A stretch of 63,709 nucleotides of DNA, counting the filler. It is 5 parts of 5 records of this genome, joined end to end, with 100 filler letters (N's around TTAATTAATTAA, not from the genome) between each part and the next. Parts side by side here need not be neighbours in the genome. Positions count along the whole stretch, not along the records: positions 34,365 to 43,091 come from SRR31156797_2238; positions 43,192 to 52,967 come from SRR31156797_2242; 3 more parts are not named here. The stretch is one strand, 5' to 3'. Under the pieces are notes generated by a model. It worked only from the letters and a program-made list of their open reading frames with translations. It did not search any database and was not told the origin of the DNA. A program made the translations under genes and the position numbers. Shown here one piece after another: positions 35,592 to 44,249 of this stretch. Each line of letters opens with the position of its first letter. Positions within the stretch are counted from its first letter, which is position 1.

Positions 35592-37202
35592 ATGAAGAAA
35601 TTACCGATAGGAATAGATGATTTTAAAGAACTTATAGAGCAGAATTATTATTTTGTAGATAAATCGTTATTTATAAAAAACATTATAGAAGAAGATTCAA
35701 AAGTTCTATTTTTACCGAGACCAAGAAGATTTGGAAAAAGCCTTAATATGTCTATGTTGAGGCGTTTTTTAAGTAATAAAAAATCGGAAGAAAATAATAA
35801 ACTTTTTGATGGTTTAAAAATTTCTTTGGAAAAAGAAATAATGCCCTTACAGGGTAAATATCCTGTAATTTATATTAGCTTTAAAGATGTTAAAGAAAAA
35901 ACTTTTAAAAATTGTTTAAATAAAGTTATGGATACTATCCAAACTCTTTTTAAAGAGCATAAATATTTACTTGATAATTTAGATGAATTTGATAGTGAGG
36001 ATTTTCGAAATATAATAAGAGGTAAAGCCAGTCAGGCTAAATATGAAAATAGCCTAAAATTTTTATCACAACTTCTTTCAGAATATTATAATGAAAAAGT
36101 TTTTATTTTAATTGATGAATATGATCAGCCTATAATTGCATCATATACAAATAATTATTTTGATGAAGGAAAATTATTGTTTAGAAATTTATATAGTGCT
36201 GCTCTAAAAGGAAATGAACATCTAAATAAAGGAATTTTAACAGGTATTTTAAGAATAGCAAAAGAGAGTATTTTCTCAGGTTTAAATAATTTATCTGTTG
36301 ATAGTATTTTACAAAATCAAATAAATTATTTTGGTTTATTAGAAAATGAAGTAAAAGAGATTTTGGATTACTATGATATGAGTTATGAAATAGATGAAGT
36401 AAGGGAATGGTATAATGGGTATAAATTTGGAGATGCTCTTGTATATAATCCTTGGTCTATAATTAATTTTGTAAAAAGTAAGGAACTAAAGTCACATTGG
36501 GTAAATACCAGTAGTAATGATTTGATAAAGGCCTCTCTGATAAATATAAGTAAAGATGAGTATAATGAACTAGTTGATTTATGTAATAATCAGGAAGTAA
36601 AAATAGATATTGAAGAGAATATAGCTTTTGATCATCTAGAAAATCCGTCGGTTATTTGGAATTTAATGTTATTTAGTGGTTATTTGAGTCTAACAAATAA
36701 TAAAAAAATAAGATTTCCAAATAGAGAAATCAGAGAGTTTTATATAAATGAATTTAAAACTTTAGCAGGGTATAATATTAACAAGTTTAACAATTTATTA
36801 GATTATTTAATTAAAGCGGATTTAGTAAATTTTGAGAATCTTTTGCGTGAATTATTCATGAGAGCATTGAGTTATTATGATACAAGTACGGAAGAGGAAA
36901 AATATTATCATAATCTTATGCTTGGTTTAGCTTTCGGTTTGGAGAAGAAGTATATAATTCATTCAAACAGAGAATATGGAACAGGCAGGGTAGATTTGCT
37001 TTTGAAATCTAAAAATGAAACTTTACCAAATTATATATTTGAGTTTAAAGTTTCAAATAAAGAGAGTAATTTAAAAGAATTAGCCCAAGAAGCTTTAGAG
37101 CAGATTGATAAAAAACAATATGATTTTGAGCTTAACTCTCCAATTAAAATAGGAATGGCATTTTATAAAAAAGAGTTTGAACTTATTTATAAAAAGAGTT
37201 GA
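35592..37202 (+). CDS. AAA-ATPase-like + PD-(D/E)XK nuclease (PDDEXK_9 type) protein
   Basis: KKLPIGIDDF, RPRRFGKS, LIDEYD, YNPWS and SNREYGTGRVDL...FEFK motifs. Confidence 0.88.
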   Translation: MKKLPIGIDDFKELIEQNYYFVDKSLFIKNIIEEDSKVLFLPRPRRFGKSLNMSMLRRFLSNKKSEENNKLFDGLKISLEKEIMPLQGKYPVIYISFKDVKEKTFKNCLNKVMDTIQTLFKEHKYLLDNLDEFDSEDFRNIIRGKASQAKYENSLKFLSQLLSEYYNEKVFILIDEYDQPIIASYTNNYFDEGKLLFRNLYSAALKGNEHLNKGILTGILRIAKESIFSGLNNLSVDSILQNQINYFGLLENEVKEILDYYDMSYEIDEVREWYNGYKFGDALVYNPWSIINFVKSKELKSHWVNTSSNDLIKASLINISKDEYNELVDLCNNQEVKIDIEENIAFDHLENPSVIWNLMLFSGYLSLTNNKKIRFPNREIREFYINEFKTLAGYNINKFNNLLDYLIKADLVNFENLLRELFMRALSYYDTSTEEEKYYHNLMLGLAFGLEKKYIIHSNREYGTGRVDLLLKSKNETLPNYIFEFKVSNKESNLKELAQEALEQIDKKQYDFELNSPIKIGMAFYKKEFELIYKKS

Positions 37203-37238
37203 TTATATATTGGCGAATAGAAAAAAATATTTGAAATT

Positions 37239-37265
37239 GACAGATTGAAACTCTGTCTTTTTTTT
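37239..37265 (+). terminator. Rho-independent terminator
   Basis: GACAGA/TCTGTC stem followed by a T-tract. Confidence 0.65.
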
Positions 37266-37392
37266 ATGCTTAAAACTTGTATTTTGCAATATCAATTTGC
37301 ACTTTACCAAAAGAGCTTGCAAGTAACCAAATTAAAGATAACAAAACCTCCTAATTTACATATAATTAAAGAAAAATACAGGAGGAAAAACA

Positions 37393-37968
37393 ATGAATAA
37401 AAAAAGTATAGCTACAATGATTATTTTGTTTATATCAGTAGTTAAATTTAGTTTTGCACAGGAGAATGTGATACTTTCAGGTGGGAACTATAAGAACGGT
37501 GGTTACGGTGCTGTGGAAGTTAAATCATTTCAATTTGATGATGATTCTGTCTTAATGGTAGGTGGTAGAGGTGGCTGGATAATCAATAGCTTTGTAACTA
37601 TTGGAGGTGCTGGTTATGGAACTTCAGGAGGAGTGGAAGATGCTAACGGAAATGATTTGGACATAAGTTACGGTGGTTTTATGCTAGGTTTCATTTTATT
37701 CTCAGATCAAGTTGTACATTTGGAGTTTAATACATTGTTTGGTAGTGGAGTGATGGGAAGTACTGACAGTACTACAAATGTTGAAACGACAGATAATTTT
37801 AGCATAACAGAGCCATCGCTTAATTTAGAGTTTAACATGACAGAGTTCTTTAGAATAGCCGCGGGAGTAGGTTATAGAATGGTGAATGGGCTGGATTATA
37901 ATGAGTATGAAAGTACTGATTTGCAGGGTACTACTGCTAATTTAGGGTTTAAGTTTGGAATGTTTTAA
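37393..37968 (+). CDS. Putative outer-membrane beta-barrel protein
   Basis: Signal peptide, Gly/aromatic alternating strands, C-terminal Phe, GGAGG RBS. Confidence 0.65.
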   Translation: MNKKSIATMIILFISVVKFSFAQENVILSGGNYKNGGYGAVEVKSFQFDDDSVLMVGGRGGWIINSFVTIGGAGYGTSGGVEDANGNDLDISYGGFMLGFILFSDQVVHLEFNTLFGSGVMGSTDSTTNVETTDNFSITEPSLNLEFNMTEFFRIAAGVGYRMVNGLDYNEYESTDLQGTTANLGFKFGMF

Positions 37969-38006
37969 TATTTAGCTAGATGAAAACGAAATATAAATAT
38001 CAAATT

Positions 38007-38037
38007 ATAGGGCAAAATCCATTTTTGCCCTGTTTTT
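38007..38037 (+). repeat. REP-like palindrome, copy 1
   Basis: ATAGGGCAAAATCCATTTTTGCCCTGTTTTT. Confidence 0.8.
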
Positions 38038-38094
38038 ATGTTTGATGTACGGGTGCTCCTTGTGGGTACGCGCGTTAGCAAATAGCGAAAAACC

Positions 38095-38121
38095 AGGGCA
38101 GATAGAGGCATCTGCCCCTAC
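38095..38121 (-). repeat. REP-like GTAG palindrome variant, inverted
   Basis: The minus strand reads GTAGGGGCAGATGCCTCTATCTGCCCT. Confidence 0.7.
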
Positions 38122-38207
38122 GGTGAATAATCTTTTGCAATTTTCTTCTAGGTGAAATAAATTTCATTTAGGAGAGAATTTTTTATTTTAAAACACTAAC
38201 AAACAAC

Positions 38208-38251
38208 TTGACAGTCTGTCAAAAATAGAGTATAAATATAACAGACTGTCA
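38208..38251 (+). promoter_or_regulatory. Sigma70 promoter with two palindromic operators
   Basis: TTGACA-N17-TATAAA (38208-38236). TGACAGTCTGTCA overlaps -35 and TAACAGACTGTCA (38239-38251) lies near +1. Confidence 0.8.
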
Positions 38252-38264
38252 CAGGGGTGAGAGA

Positions 38265-38441
38265 ATGGAAAAAAGAGAACTTAAAATTTCTTTTTTTAAA
38301 AGTGGAAGTGGTAGTATTTCAGCAAAGGCAAGTATTCCGAAGAGTTGGTTAGATAAATTAAAGATTACTCAAGAGGAAAAGGATATATATCTTGTTTTAG
38401 ATGAAGAGAACGACCAAATAATACTAAAAAAGAGAAATTAA
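38265..38441 (+). CDS. AbrB/MazE/SpoVT-like small DNA-binding protein (not in ORF track)
   Basis: 58 aa, MEKRELKISFFKSGSGSISAKASIPKSWLDKLKITQEEKDIYLVLDEENDQIILKKRN. GGGGTGA RBS; IPxxW...IILKK swapped-hairpin pattern. Confidence 0.75.
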   Translation: MEKRELKISFFKSGSGSISAKASIPKSWLDKLKITQEEKDIYLVLDEENDQIILKKRN

Positions 38442-38508
38442 AAAACCCCGCAAAGAACCGAGACGGTCCCATACAGGGTTTTTATAGTATACAACGTATA
38501 CTGTCGCA
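38440..38508 (-). ncRNA. Predicted ~70-nt cis-antisense RNA to the antirepressor leader
   Basis: Minus-strand TTGTAA-N17-TATACT promoter (38542-38514) and a terminator-like AAAAACCC...GGGTTTTT stem (38441-38483). Confidence 0.55.
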
Positions 38509-38559
38509 AGTAGAGTATACTATAAATTCCCTTAAATTACAAATTAAGGGAGGAATGCT

Positions 38560-39126
38560 ATGTTATTACAGGCAAAAGAAACAGAATATGGTCGAATGCT
38601 GTCAGCGAGAGAACTTCATACTTATCTGGAAATAGGTCGGGTTTTTGCATCTTGGATTCGTGGTAGAATTAGCAAATATCAATTTGAAAATCAAAAGGAT
38701 TATGCAGAGTTGTGGGTTGATAATAAAAGCGGTAAGTTAGTTAATTCAAGTGATGATTCGAGTACTATGGTCAATAGTGGCTATACAAAAGATTATTTTA
38801 TTTCAATCGATATGGCTAAAGAATTGTGTGTGCTTGAAAACAAAAGTCAAGGCAGAAGAGCAAGAAAATACTTGCAAGCCTGTGAAGAGAATCATATGAA
38901 CTATCTTAAGGCAAAACTGTATCTACTTGATGAAGGTAAAATTGATTATGAGAAAATAGGTGAATGGCAGGAAATGTTGGAAATTGCAAAAGAGTTTAAG
39001 CCAACACTTATGAGATTTAGCGATCAAATGAGTGAACTATTGAGTTGCTCGTTTAAATTAACAAATGATATGAACGGAATAAATGACCAGTTATTTGGAA
39101 TAGAGGGTAAAATAGAAGAATTGTAA
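38560..39126 (+). CDS. AntA/AntB phage antirepressor-family protein
   Basis: SARELHTYL...FASWI..RI.KY.F....DY and DY.ISIDMAKELC.LE...GRRARKY motifs. Confidence 0.85.
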   Translation: MLLQAKETEYGRMLSARELHTYLEIGRVFASWIRGRISKYQFENQKDYAELWVDNKSGKLVNSSDDSSTMVNSGYTKDYFISIDMAKELCVLENKSQGRRARKYLQACEENHMNYLKAKLYLLDEGKIDYEKIGEWQEMLEIAKEFKPTLMRFSDQMSELLSCSFKLTNDMNGINDQLFGIEGKIEEL

Positions 39127-39135
39127 ATATTAACT

Positions 39136-39165
39136 GTAGGGGCAAAATCTATTTTTGCCCTGTTT
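39136..39165 (+). repeat. REP-like palindrome, copy 2
   Basis: GTAGGGGCAAAATCTATTTTTGCCCTGTTT. Confidence 0.85.
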
Positions 39166-39241
39166 AAATTAACAAAATTTTGCATAAATAGTCAAGAAAA
39201 AATAAATTAGAATTACTATAATTACTTACGGAGGTGAAGTT

Positions 39242-40033
39242 GTGAACTGGATTAAAAGTATTCAAAATGCAATTGATTATATTGAGGAGAATATTGAATC
39301 TAATTTAAATTCCGATCGCATAGCTAGAGAGATAGGTGTTTCTAATTTTTATTTTCAACGAATGTTTACCATTATGTGTAATTGTTCTGTAGGTGAATAT
39401 ATTCGTAATCGGAGACTAACTTTGGCAGGGAGAGAAATATTAAATAGTAATCTAAATATTTTAGAAATTGCAATTAAATATGGATATGAAACTAATGAAA
39501 GTTTTACAAGAGCATTTCAAAGGTTTCATAATGTAACTCCTTCAACTGCGAGAAAAAATCAAATAGTCTTGAATGTATTTTACCCAATATCAGTTAAGGC
39601 TAAATTATTAGGAGGAAAAGATATGATAGCTGATTTTAGTAAAAGAGGATACGTTGTAAAGGAAACAGGAGCAGTTTATTATACTGAGGATATGGATAAA
39701 ACTGTTAAATGGTTTACTGAAACTCTTGGTTGGTATGGTCAAATTGAAGCAAGAAATGATGATGAGATAGGCTTATATGGATGTGTAAACAATATACCTA
39801 TCGAAATTGAAGCACTTAACATTGCTCCATTTACAGGAATTCATATGTTTAAGGGAGAGCCACTTAAAACTATGGTTGGTTTTATGAAAGTTGAAGGAAT
39901 AGAAAAATTATATCAATTTGTAAAAAATAATGGTTGGAACGAAATTTCTGAAATTAATCATGAAGCTTGGGGTGGAAAAACCTGTGAAGTAGTAACTATC
40001 GATGGAAGCATATTGAAGTTCTTTGAAGTGTAA
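39242..40033 (+). CDS. AraC (MarA/Rob-type HTH) regulator with C-terminal VOC/glyoxalase-like domain
   Basis: QNAIDYIEEN, EYIRNRRL and KYGYE..ESFTRAF motifs; C-terminal WGGK...TIDG.IL.F. Confidence 0.85.
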   Translation: MNWIKSIQNAIDYIEENIESNLNSDRIAREIGVSNFYFQRMFTIMCNCSVGEYIRNRRLTLAGREILNSNLNILEIAIKYGYETNESFTRAFQRFHNVTPSTARKNQIVLNVFYPISVKAKLLGGKDMIADFSKRGYVVKETGAVYYTEDMDKTVKWFTETLGWYGQIEARNDDEIGLYGCVNNIPIEIEALNIAPFTGIHMFKGEPLKTMVGFMKVEGIEKLYQFVKNNGWNEISEINHEAWGGKTCEVVTIDGSILKFFEV

Positions 40034-40043
40034 ATATTAATTT

Positions 40044-40075
40044 GTAGGGGCAAAATCCATTTTTGCCCTGTTTTT
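40044..40075 (+). repeat. REP-like palindrome, copy 3
   Basis: GTAGGGGCAAAATCCATTTTTGCCCTGTTTTT. Confidence 0.85.
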
Positions 40076-40190
40076 AATATTTTTTTGACGCTAAAAACTT
40101 TTTCTATTATACTAAATCATACATTTTATTTATTGGTTTATTAGATAACTTGTGTGATATAATAGATAAAAGCACAAATAAATAGGGGAG

Positions 40191-40547
40191 TTGATAAAAA
40201 TGAAAGAACAAAAAGCAATGAATTATTTTCACGGAGTAGAGGGTCTAAACTGTGTTCAATCAGTTCTAAAAGTTTATCAAGAAGAATACGGATTACTTGA
40301 TGGATTTATAGCTGACGCTCAAATTCACGGTGGGGGAAGAGCAGAAGAAGGAACTTGCGGAGCTCTTTATGCAATCAAAATGCTGATTCATGATAATAAA
40401 CCTGAAGTTTACAATAAAATCGCTGATCAATTTGAAAGTGAAGCTGGTTCACTACTATGTGAACCAATCAAAGAGATGGAAAAGAAAACTTGTAGAGAAT
40501 GTGTAGGGATAGCTGCGAGATACTTAGAGGAGTATATCAAAGGATGA
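40191..40547 (+). CDS. C-GCAxxG-C-C family redox protein
   Basis: NCVQSV, GGG...TCGAL, GSLLC and CRECV motifs. Confidence 0.8.
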   Translation: MIKMKEQKAMNYFHGVEGLNCVQSVLKVYQEEYGLLDGFIADAQIHGGGRAEEGTCGALYAIKMLIHDNKPEVYNKIADQFESEAGSLLCEPIKEMEKKTCRECVGIAARYLEEYIKG

Positions 40548-41101
40548 GTTTAATTAAAATTACGACTCAGAGACTAATCCTGAAACAGATAGATGAAACA
40601 TACGCTGATAAAGTTTTGCAATTTTATACAGAGAATAATGATTTTCTAAGTAAATGGGAACCTGCAAGATCAGAGAGTTTTTTCTCTGCTGATTATCATT
40701 CTAATATATTAAAGAGTGAACTGGAGAAATGTAACTCCGGTAGAATGATGAAGTTCTGGATATTTGAAACAGATAATCCGGATAAAGTTATTGGTTCAAT
40801 TGCACTTAATGAGATAGTAAGAGGCTGTTTTTTATCATGTTTCTTGGGCTATAAAATGGCAGAATCTTGTGCGAACAAGGGATATATGACAGAAGCGGTA
40901 AGTAGACTTGTTAAATATGCTTTTAATAGTATGAAACTTCATAGAATAGAGGCAAATATTATTCCGAGAAACCATGCATCTATAAAAGTTGTAGAGAAGT
41001 GCGGTTTTGAGAATGAGGGCCTTTCGAAGAAATACCTTAGAATTAACGGTGTCTGGGAAGATCATATTCATATGGTTATTTTAAATGAGAGTATGGAATA
41101 A
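40544..41101 (+). CDS. RimJ/RimL family GNAT acetyltransferase
   Basis: WEP, LGY, KGYMTEA, LHRIEANI.PRN..S and NG.WEDH motifs; ATGA overlap start. Confidence 0.9.
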   Translation: MSLIKITTQRLILKQIDETYADKVLQFYTENNDFLSKWEPARSESFFSADYHSNILKSELEKCNSGRMMKFWIFETDNPDKVIGSIALNEIVRGCFLSCFLGYKMAESCANKGYMTEAVSRLVKYAFNSMKLHRIEANIIPRNHASIKVVEKCGFENEGLSKKYLRINGVWEDHIHMVILNESME

Positions 41102-41177
41102 ATTTAGCTGATTTATGCTATAATATATAAAGAAAATTAAAAAATTAATACTATATAGATAAAAAGGAGAGATTTTC

Positions 41178-41483
41178 ATGGTTAAACATATTGTAATGTG
41201 GAATCTAAAAGAGGAAGCACTTGGAAAAACTAAAGAGGAAAATGCTGCTACGATCAAAGAGATGTTAGAAGCATTAACATCAGAAATTTCTGAAATCAAA
41301 TTTTTAGAAGTAGGAATTAATGATAAAGATTATGCTCCTTCAAATTATGATGTTGTATTAGTTAGTGAATTCGAAAGCTTTGATGATTTAAGAGCATATA
41401 ATGTTCATCCTAAACATCAGGAAGCTGGAAAATTCGTTAAACAAGTTGTAGATTCAAGAGTAGCTGTAGACTACGTAGTATAA
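41178..41483 (+). CDS. Dabb family stress-responsive A/B barrel protein
   Basis: MVKHIVMW, Y..HPKH and VDY motifs. Confidence 0.9.
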   Translation: MVKHIVMWNLKEEALGKTKEENAATIKEMLEALTSEISEIKFLEVGINDKDYAPSNYDVVLVSEFESFDDLRAYNVHPKHQEAGKFVKQVVDSRVAVDYVV

Positions 41484-41505
41484 TAATTAATAGTAAAATT
41501 AACTC

Positions 41506-41542
41506 AAAAAGCTTTAATCGATATTGATTAAGGCTTTTTTTT
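41506..41542 (+). terminator. Rho-independent terminator
   Basis: AAAAAGCTTTAATC/GATTAAGGCTTTTT stem followed by a T-tract. Confidence 0.75.
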
Positions 41543-41731
41543 ATTTCAAATATTCAAATATAATGGATATTTAAGATTAAATTGATAGAATTTGTTTTGG
41601 ATTTTTAAAGAAATAGTTTAAAATAGAGTGTGAGCTAAGAGTTTTGCATAATACCCAAAATAAATGAAAATGAATTATGCAAAACTTAATTAAAGTGAGA
41701 AAATCTAGAGCTATTATTATTTTGATTAGGA

Positions 41732-43060
41732 GTGAAATTAATGAATGATAAAAATACGATTTTTAAAATAAAAGGTGGAAAGCCACTAAAGGGAACTATT
41801 GAAGTTGGAGGAGCGAAAAATGCCGCAACTAAAATAATAGTTGCCTCTATTCTAGTAAATGACGTATGTATACTAGAAAACGTTCCAAAGATTAGAGATG
41901 TAATTAATACTCTAAATGTATGTGGAGAATTAGGTGCAACATATGAATGGTTAGACGAAACAACGCTTAAGATAGATACCAGTACAGTTAATAATTATAA
42001 AATACCTGCTAAGTATAGCGGCGCAATGAGAATATCTATTCTTTTTGTAGCTCCTCTACTGCTTAGAATGGGGAAAGCTGAGCTTGCAACTGTTGGTGGT
42101 TGCAATATTGGTGCAAGACCAATTGATTATCATTTAGAGGGACTAAAAAAATTAGGTGTAGAAGTGGAAATTGATGGGAATACTTATACTTTCTCAAATA
42201 CTAAATTAAAAGGTAACGTAACAGAGTTTGGATATCCAAGTGTTGGTGCAACTGAAAACTTAATTATGGCAGCAGTTATGGCAGAGGGAAGAACTACTAT
42301 TAAAAATGCTGCTATAGAACCTGAAATCGAAAATTTAATTGGATTCCTGCAAGCTGCCGGAGCAATTATTTATCAAAATACTGACAGAACATGGATAATA
42401 GAGGGTGTTAAAAAGTTAAAAGGAATTAAGTACAGAGTTATTTCTGATAGAATAGAAGCAGGCTCATATGCTTGTTGTGCAATTGCAACAAAAGGAGATG
42501 TTTTTATAAAAGGTGCTGACCAAAAGGATATGACAAATTTTCTTAACTGGCTTAGAAAAGCCGGTGGGAATTTTGAGGTTAAACCTGGAGGAATCAGATT
42601 TTATTATGAAGAACAGTTAACTCCTGTAGTTCTAGAAACTGATGTCCACCCTGGATTTATGACAGATTGGCAACCATCGTTTTTAACTATGCTGACTCAG
42701 GCAAAAGGTGTATCTATAGTTCATGAAACTGTATATGAGAATAGATTAGGTTTTGTATCTGCGCTTAACGATATGGGAGCTCAGATTCAACTTCATAAAG
42801 AGTGCCTTGGGAATACGACATGTAGATACGCAGATAGAAATATTGATCATAGTGCCGTAATTATTGGTGGAAGTGAACTGCAAGGCTCTGATCTATCTAT
42901 ACCGGATCTGAGAGCAGGATTTGCCTATGTTATGGCTGCTCTTATTGCTGATGGTGAGAGTATGGTTCACAATACTGTGCATGTTAAGAGGGGATATAGC
43001 AATTTAGTTGAAAAAATTACTTTACTTGGTGGAGAGATAGAAGAAATAGAAACTGAATAA
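41732..43060 (+). CDS. murA: UDP-N-acetylglucosamine 1-carboxyvinyltransferase
   Basis: GAKNA, GGCNIGARP, SVGATEN, PGFMTDWQ and DLRAG motifs. Confidence 0.95.
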   Translation: MKLMNDKNTIFKIKGGKPLKGTIEVGGAKNAATKIIVASILVNDVCILENVPKIRDVINTLNVCGELGATYEWLDETTLKIDTSTVNNYKIPAKYSGAMRISILFVAPLLLRMGKAELATVGGCNIGARPIDYHLEGLKKLGVEVEIDGNTYTFSNTKLKGNVTEFGYPSVGATENLIMAAVMAEGRTTIKNAAIEPEIENLIGFLQAAGAIIYQNTDRTWIIEGVKKLKGIKYRVISDRIEAGSYACCAIATKGDVFIKGADQKDMTNFLNWLRKAGGNFEVKPGGIRFYYEEQLTPVVLETDVHPGFMTDWQPSFLTMLTQAKGVSIVHETVYENRLGFVSALNDMGAQIQLHKECLGNTTCRYADRNIDHSAVIIGGSELQGSDLSIPDLRAGFAYVMAALIADGESMVHNTVHVKRGYSNLVEKITLLGGEIEEIETE

Positions 43061-43091
43061 TTTAATTCGTTTAAAAACGGGTAATCATAGG

Positions 43092-43191
43092 NNNNNNNNN
43101 NNNNNNNNNNNNNNNNNNNNNNNNNNNNNNNNNNNTTAATTAATTAANNNNNNNNNNNNNNNNNNNNNNNNNNNNNNNNNNNNNNNNNNNN
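43092..43191. other. Artificial contig linker
   Basis: N44-TTAATTAATTAA-N44. Confidence 0.99.
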
Positions 43192-43375
43192 ACCTCTCTT
43201 TCAAAACAGTAAGCTTCTTAACCTTTCCAATCTCAAAACTACCAACATCACAATTAATCATATTTTCAACAATCTTCAAAGGTTTAACTTTTTTATATGA
43301 TTTCCCTTCATAAAAAAAGCTAATGAAGTTTTTATCTTCAATAGCTTTTTTCAAAAACATCAACTCAATACTCAC
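43192..43375 (-). CDS. Small hypothetical protein, 3' truncated
   Basis: GTG start overlaps the upstream TGA; reads MSIELMFLKKAIEDKNFISFFY... Confidence 0.55.
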
Positions 43376-44199
43376 TCTACAATCCCACTCATGCAAGTAA
43401 CTTCAAATCCAGCTTTTCTCCAAGCTTTTACAATCTCAAGTAAACCTATACTATCACTTGGCATATGTGGAGCTATGATTATATTTCCTATGTTTTGTTC
43501 TATCACTGCTTTTTGTACATCTTCTGGTACATGCATAGCAACTATAGTCCCAACACCTGCTTCAAAATATGATTTATAAACATCAACTCCACCGTTTGTT
43601 CCACCTGCCATAAGAACTTCTATTTTCCCTGCATAGTCATTATCTGAACCAACTCTAATAACTGGTTGGGCAACTTTGCCTTGGTAGTATTCCCATGAGT
43701 TTAACTCTTCTATTATATCTTTTAGAGTTGTTTTAGGTTTGTTTTCAAAGGCTTTATCAAGTCTTGTTTGAACTATCTCTTCTGTTATAAAATCTGCTGG
43801 AATATGAATATTTAGGTATGGAAGATTCATAAGTCTTGCAGCTGAACTTACTTTGTCATAGTTTGAAGCGTGTCTTCCCAAATCAATACTTGCTTGTTTT
43901 CCCCTTAGAGCCTTTTGGGCTTTGTTTATTGGAACTCCTGCTTTTACCATTCTGTCTATTTGCACATCCATAACTTTTGCAAAATCAACCACACAAGAAT
44001 CAGCTTTTGGGTGATGGCTTACTACGCAGTCATATCCTAACTCTTTTGCCAAAAGTAGCTCAGGAGTTTCCATATCTATACCAATAAGCACTTTTTTAAT
44101 ATCTTCACCTTCAACTATTATTCCAGAGTCATAAGGTATTTCATTTAGTTTTGCTAAATCTAAAGCAATATTCATTAAATCATTTGTTTTCATTATCAT
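43372..44199 (-). CDS. NIF3-like dinuclear metal-centre protein
   Basis: IKKVLIGID, SHHP, NIHIPAD, GVGTIVAMH and APHMPSDSIG motifs. Confidence 0.7.
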   Translation of the reverse strand: MIMKTNDLMNIALDLAKLNEIPYDSGIIVEGEDIKKVLIGIDMETPELLLAKELGYDCVVSHHPKADSCVVDFAKVMDVQIDRMVKAGVPINKAQKALRGKQASIDLGRHASNYDKVSSAARLMNLPYLNIHIPADFITEEIVQTRLDKAFENKPKTTLKDIIEELNSWEYYQGKVAQPVIRVGSDNDYAGKIEVLMAGGTNGGVDVYKSYFEAGVGTIVAMHVPEDVQKAVIEQNIGNIIIAPHMPSDSIGLLEIVKAWRKAGFEVTCMSGIVE

Positions 44200-44249
44200 T
44201 CTTTTTAATTATTATAACCTATTTGTGAAAATAGAAAAATATATTTTGT

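Noticed and set aside
38560-39126. Prophage
   Set aside because: Only an antirepressor-family gene is present; no integrase, replication or structural genes on the contig.
38007-40075. Integron attC sites or a CRISPR array
   Set aside because: No RYYYAAC/GTTRRRY cores or integrase, and spacing is about 1 kb. The GTAG-palindrome form fits REP elements.
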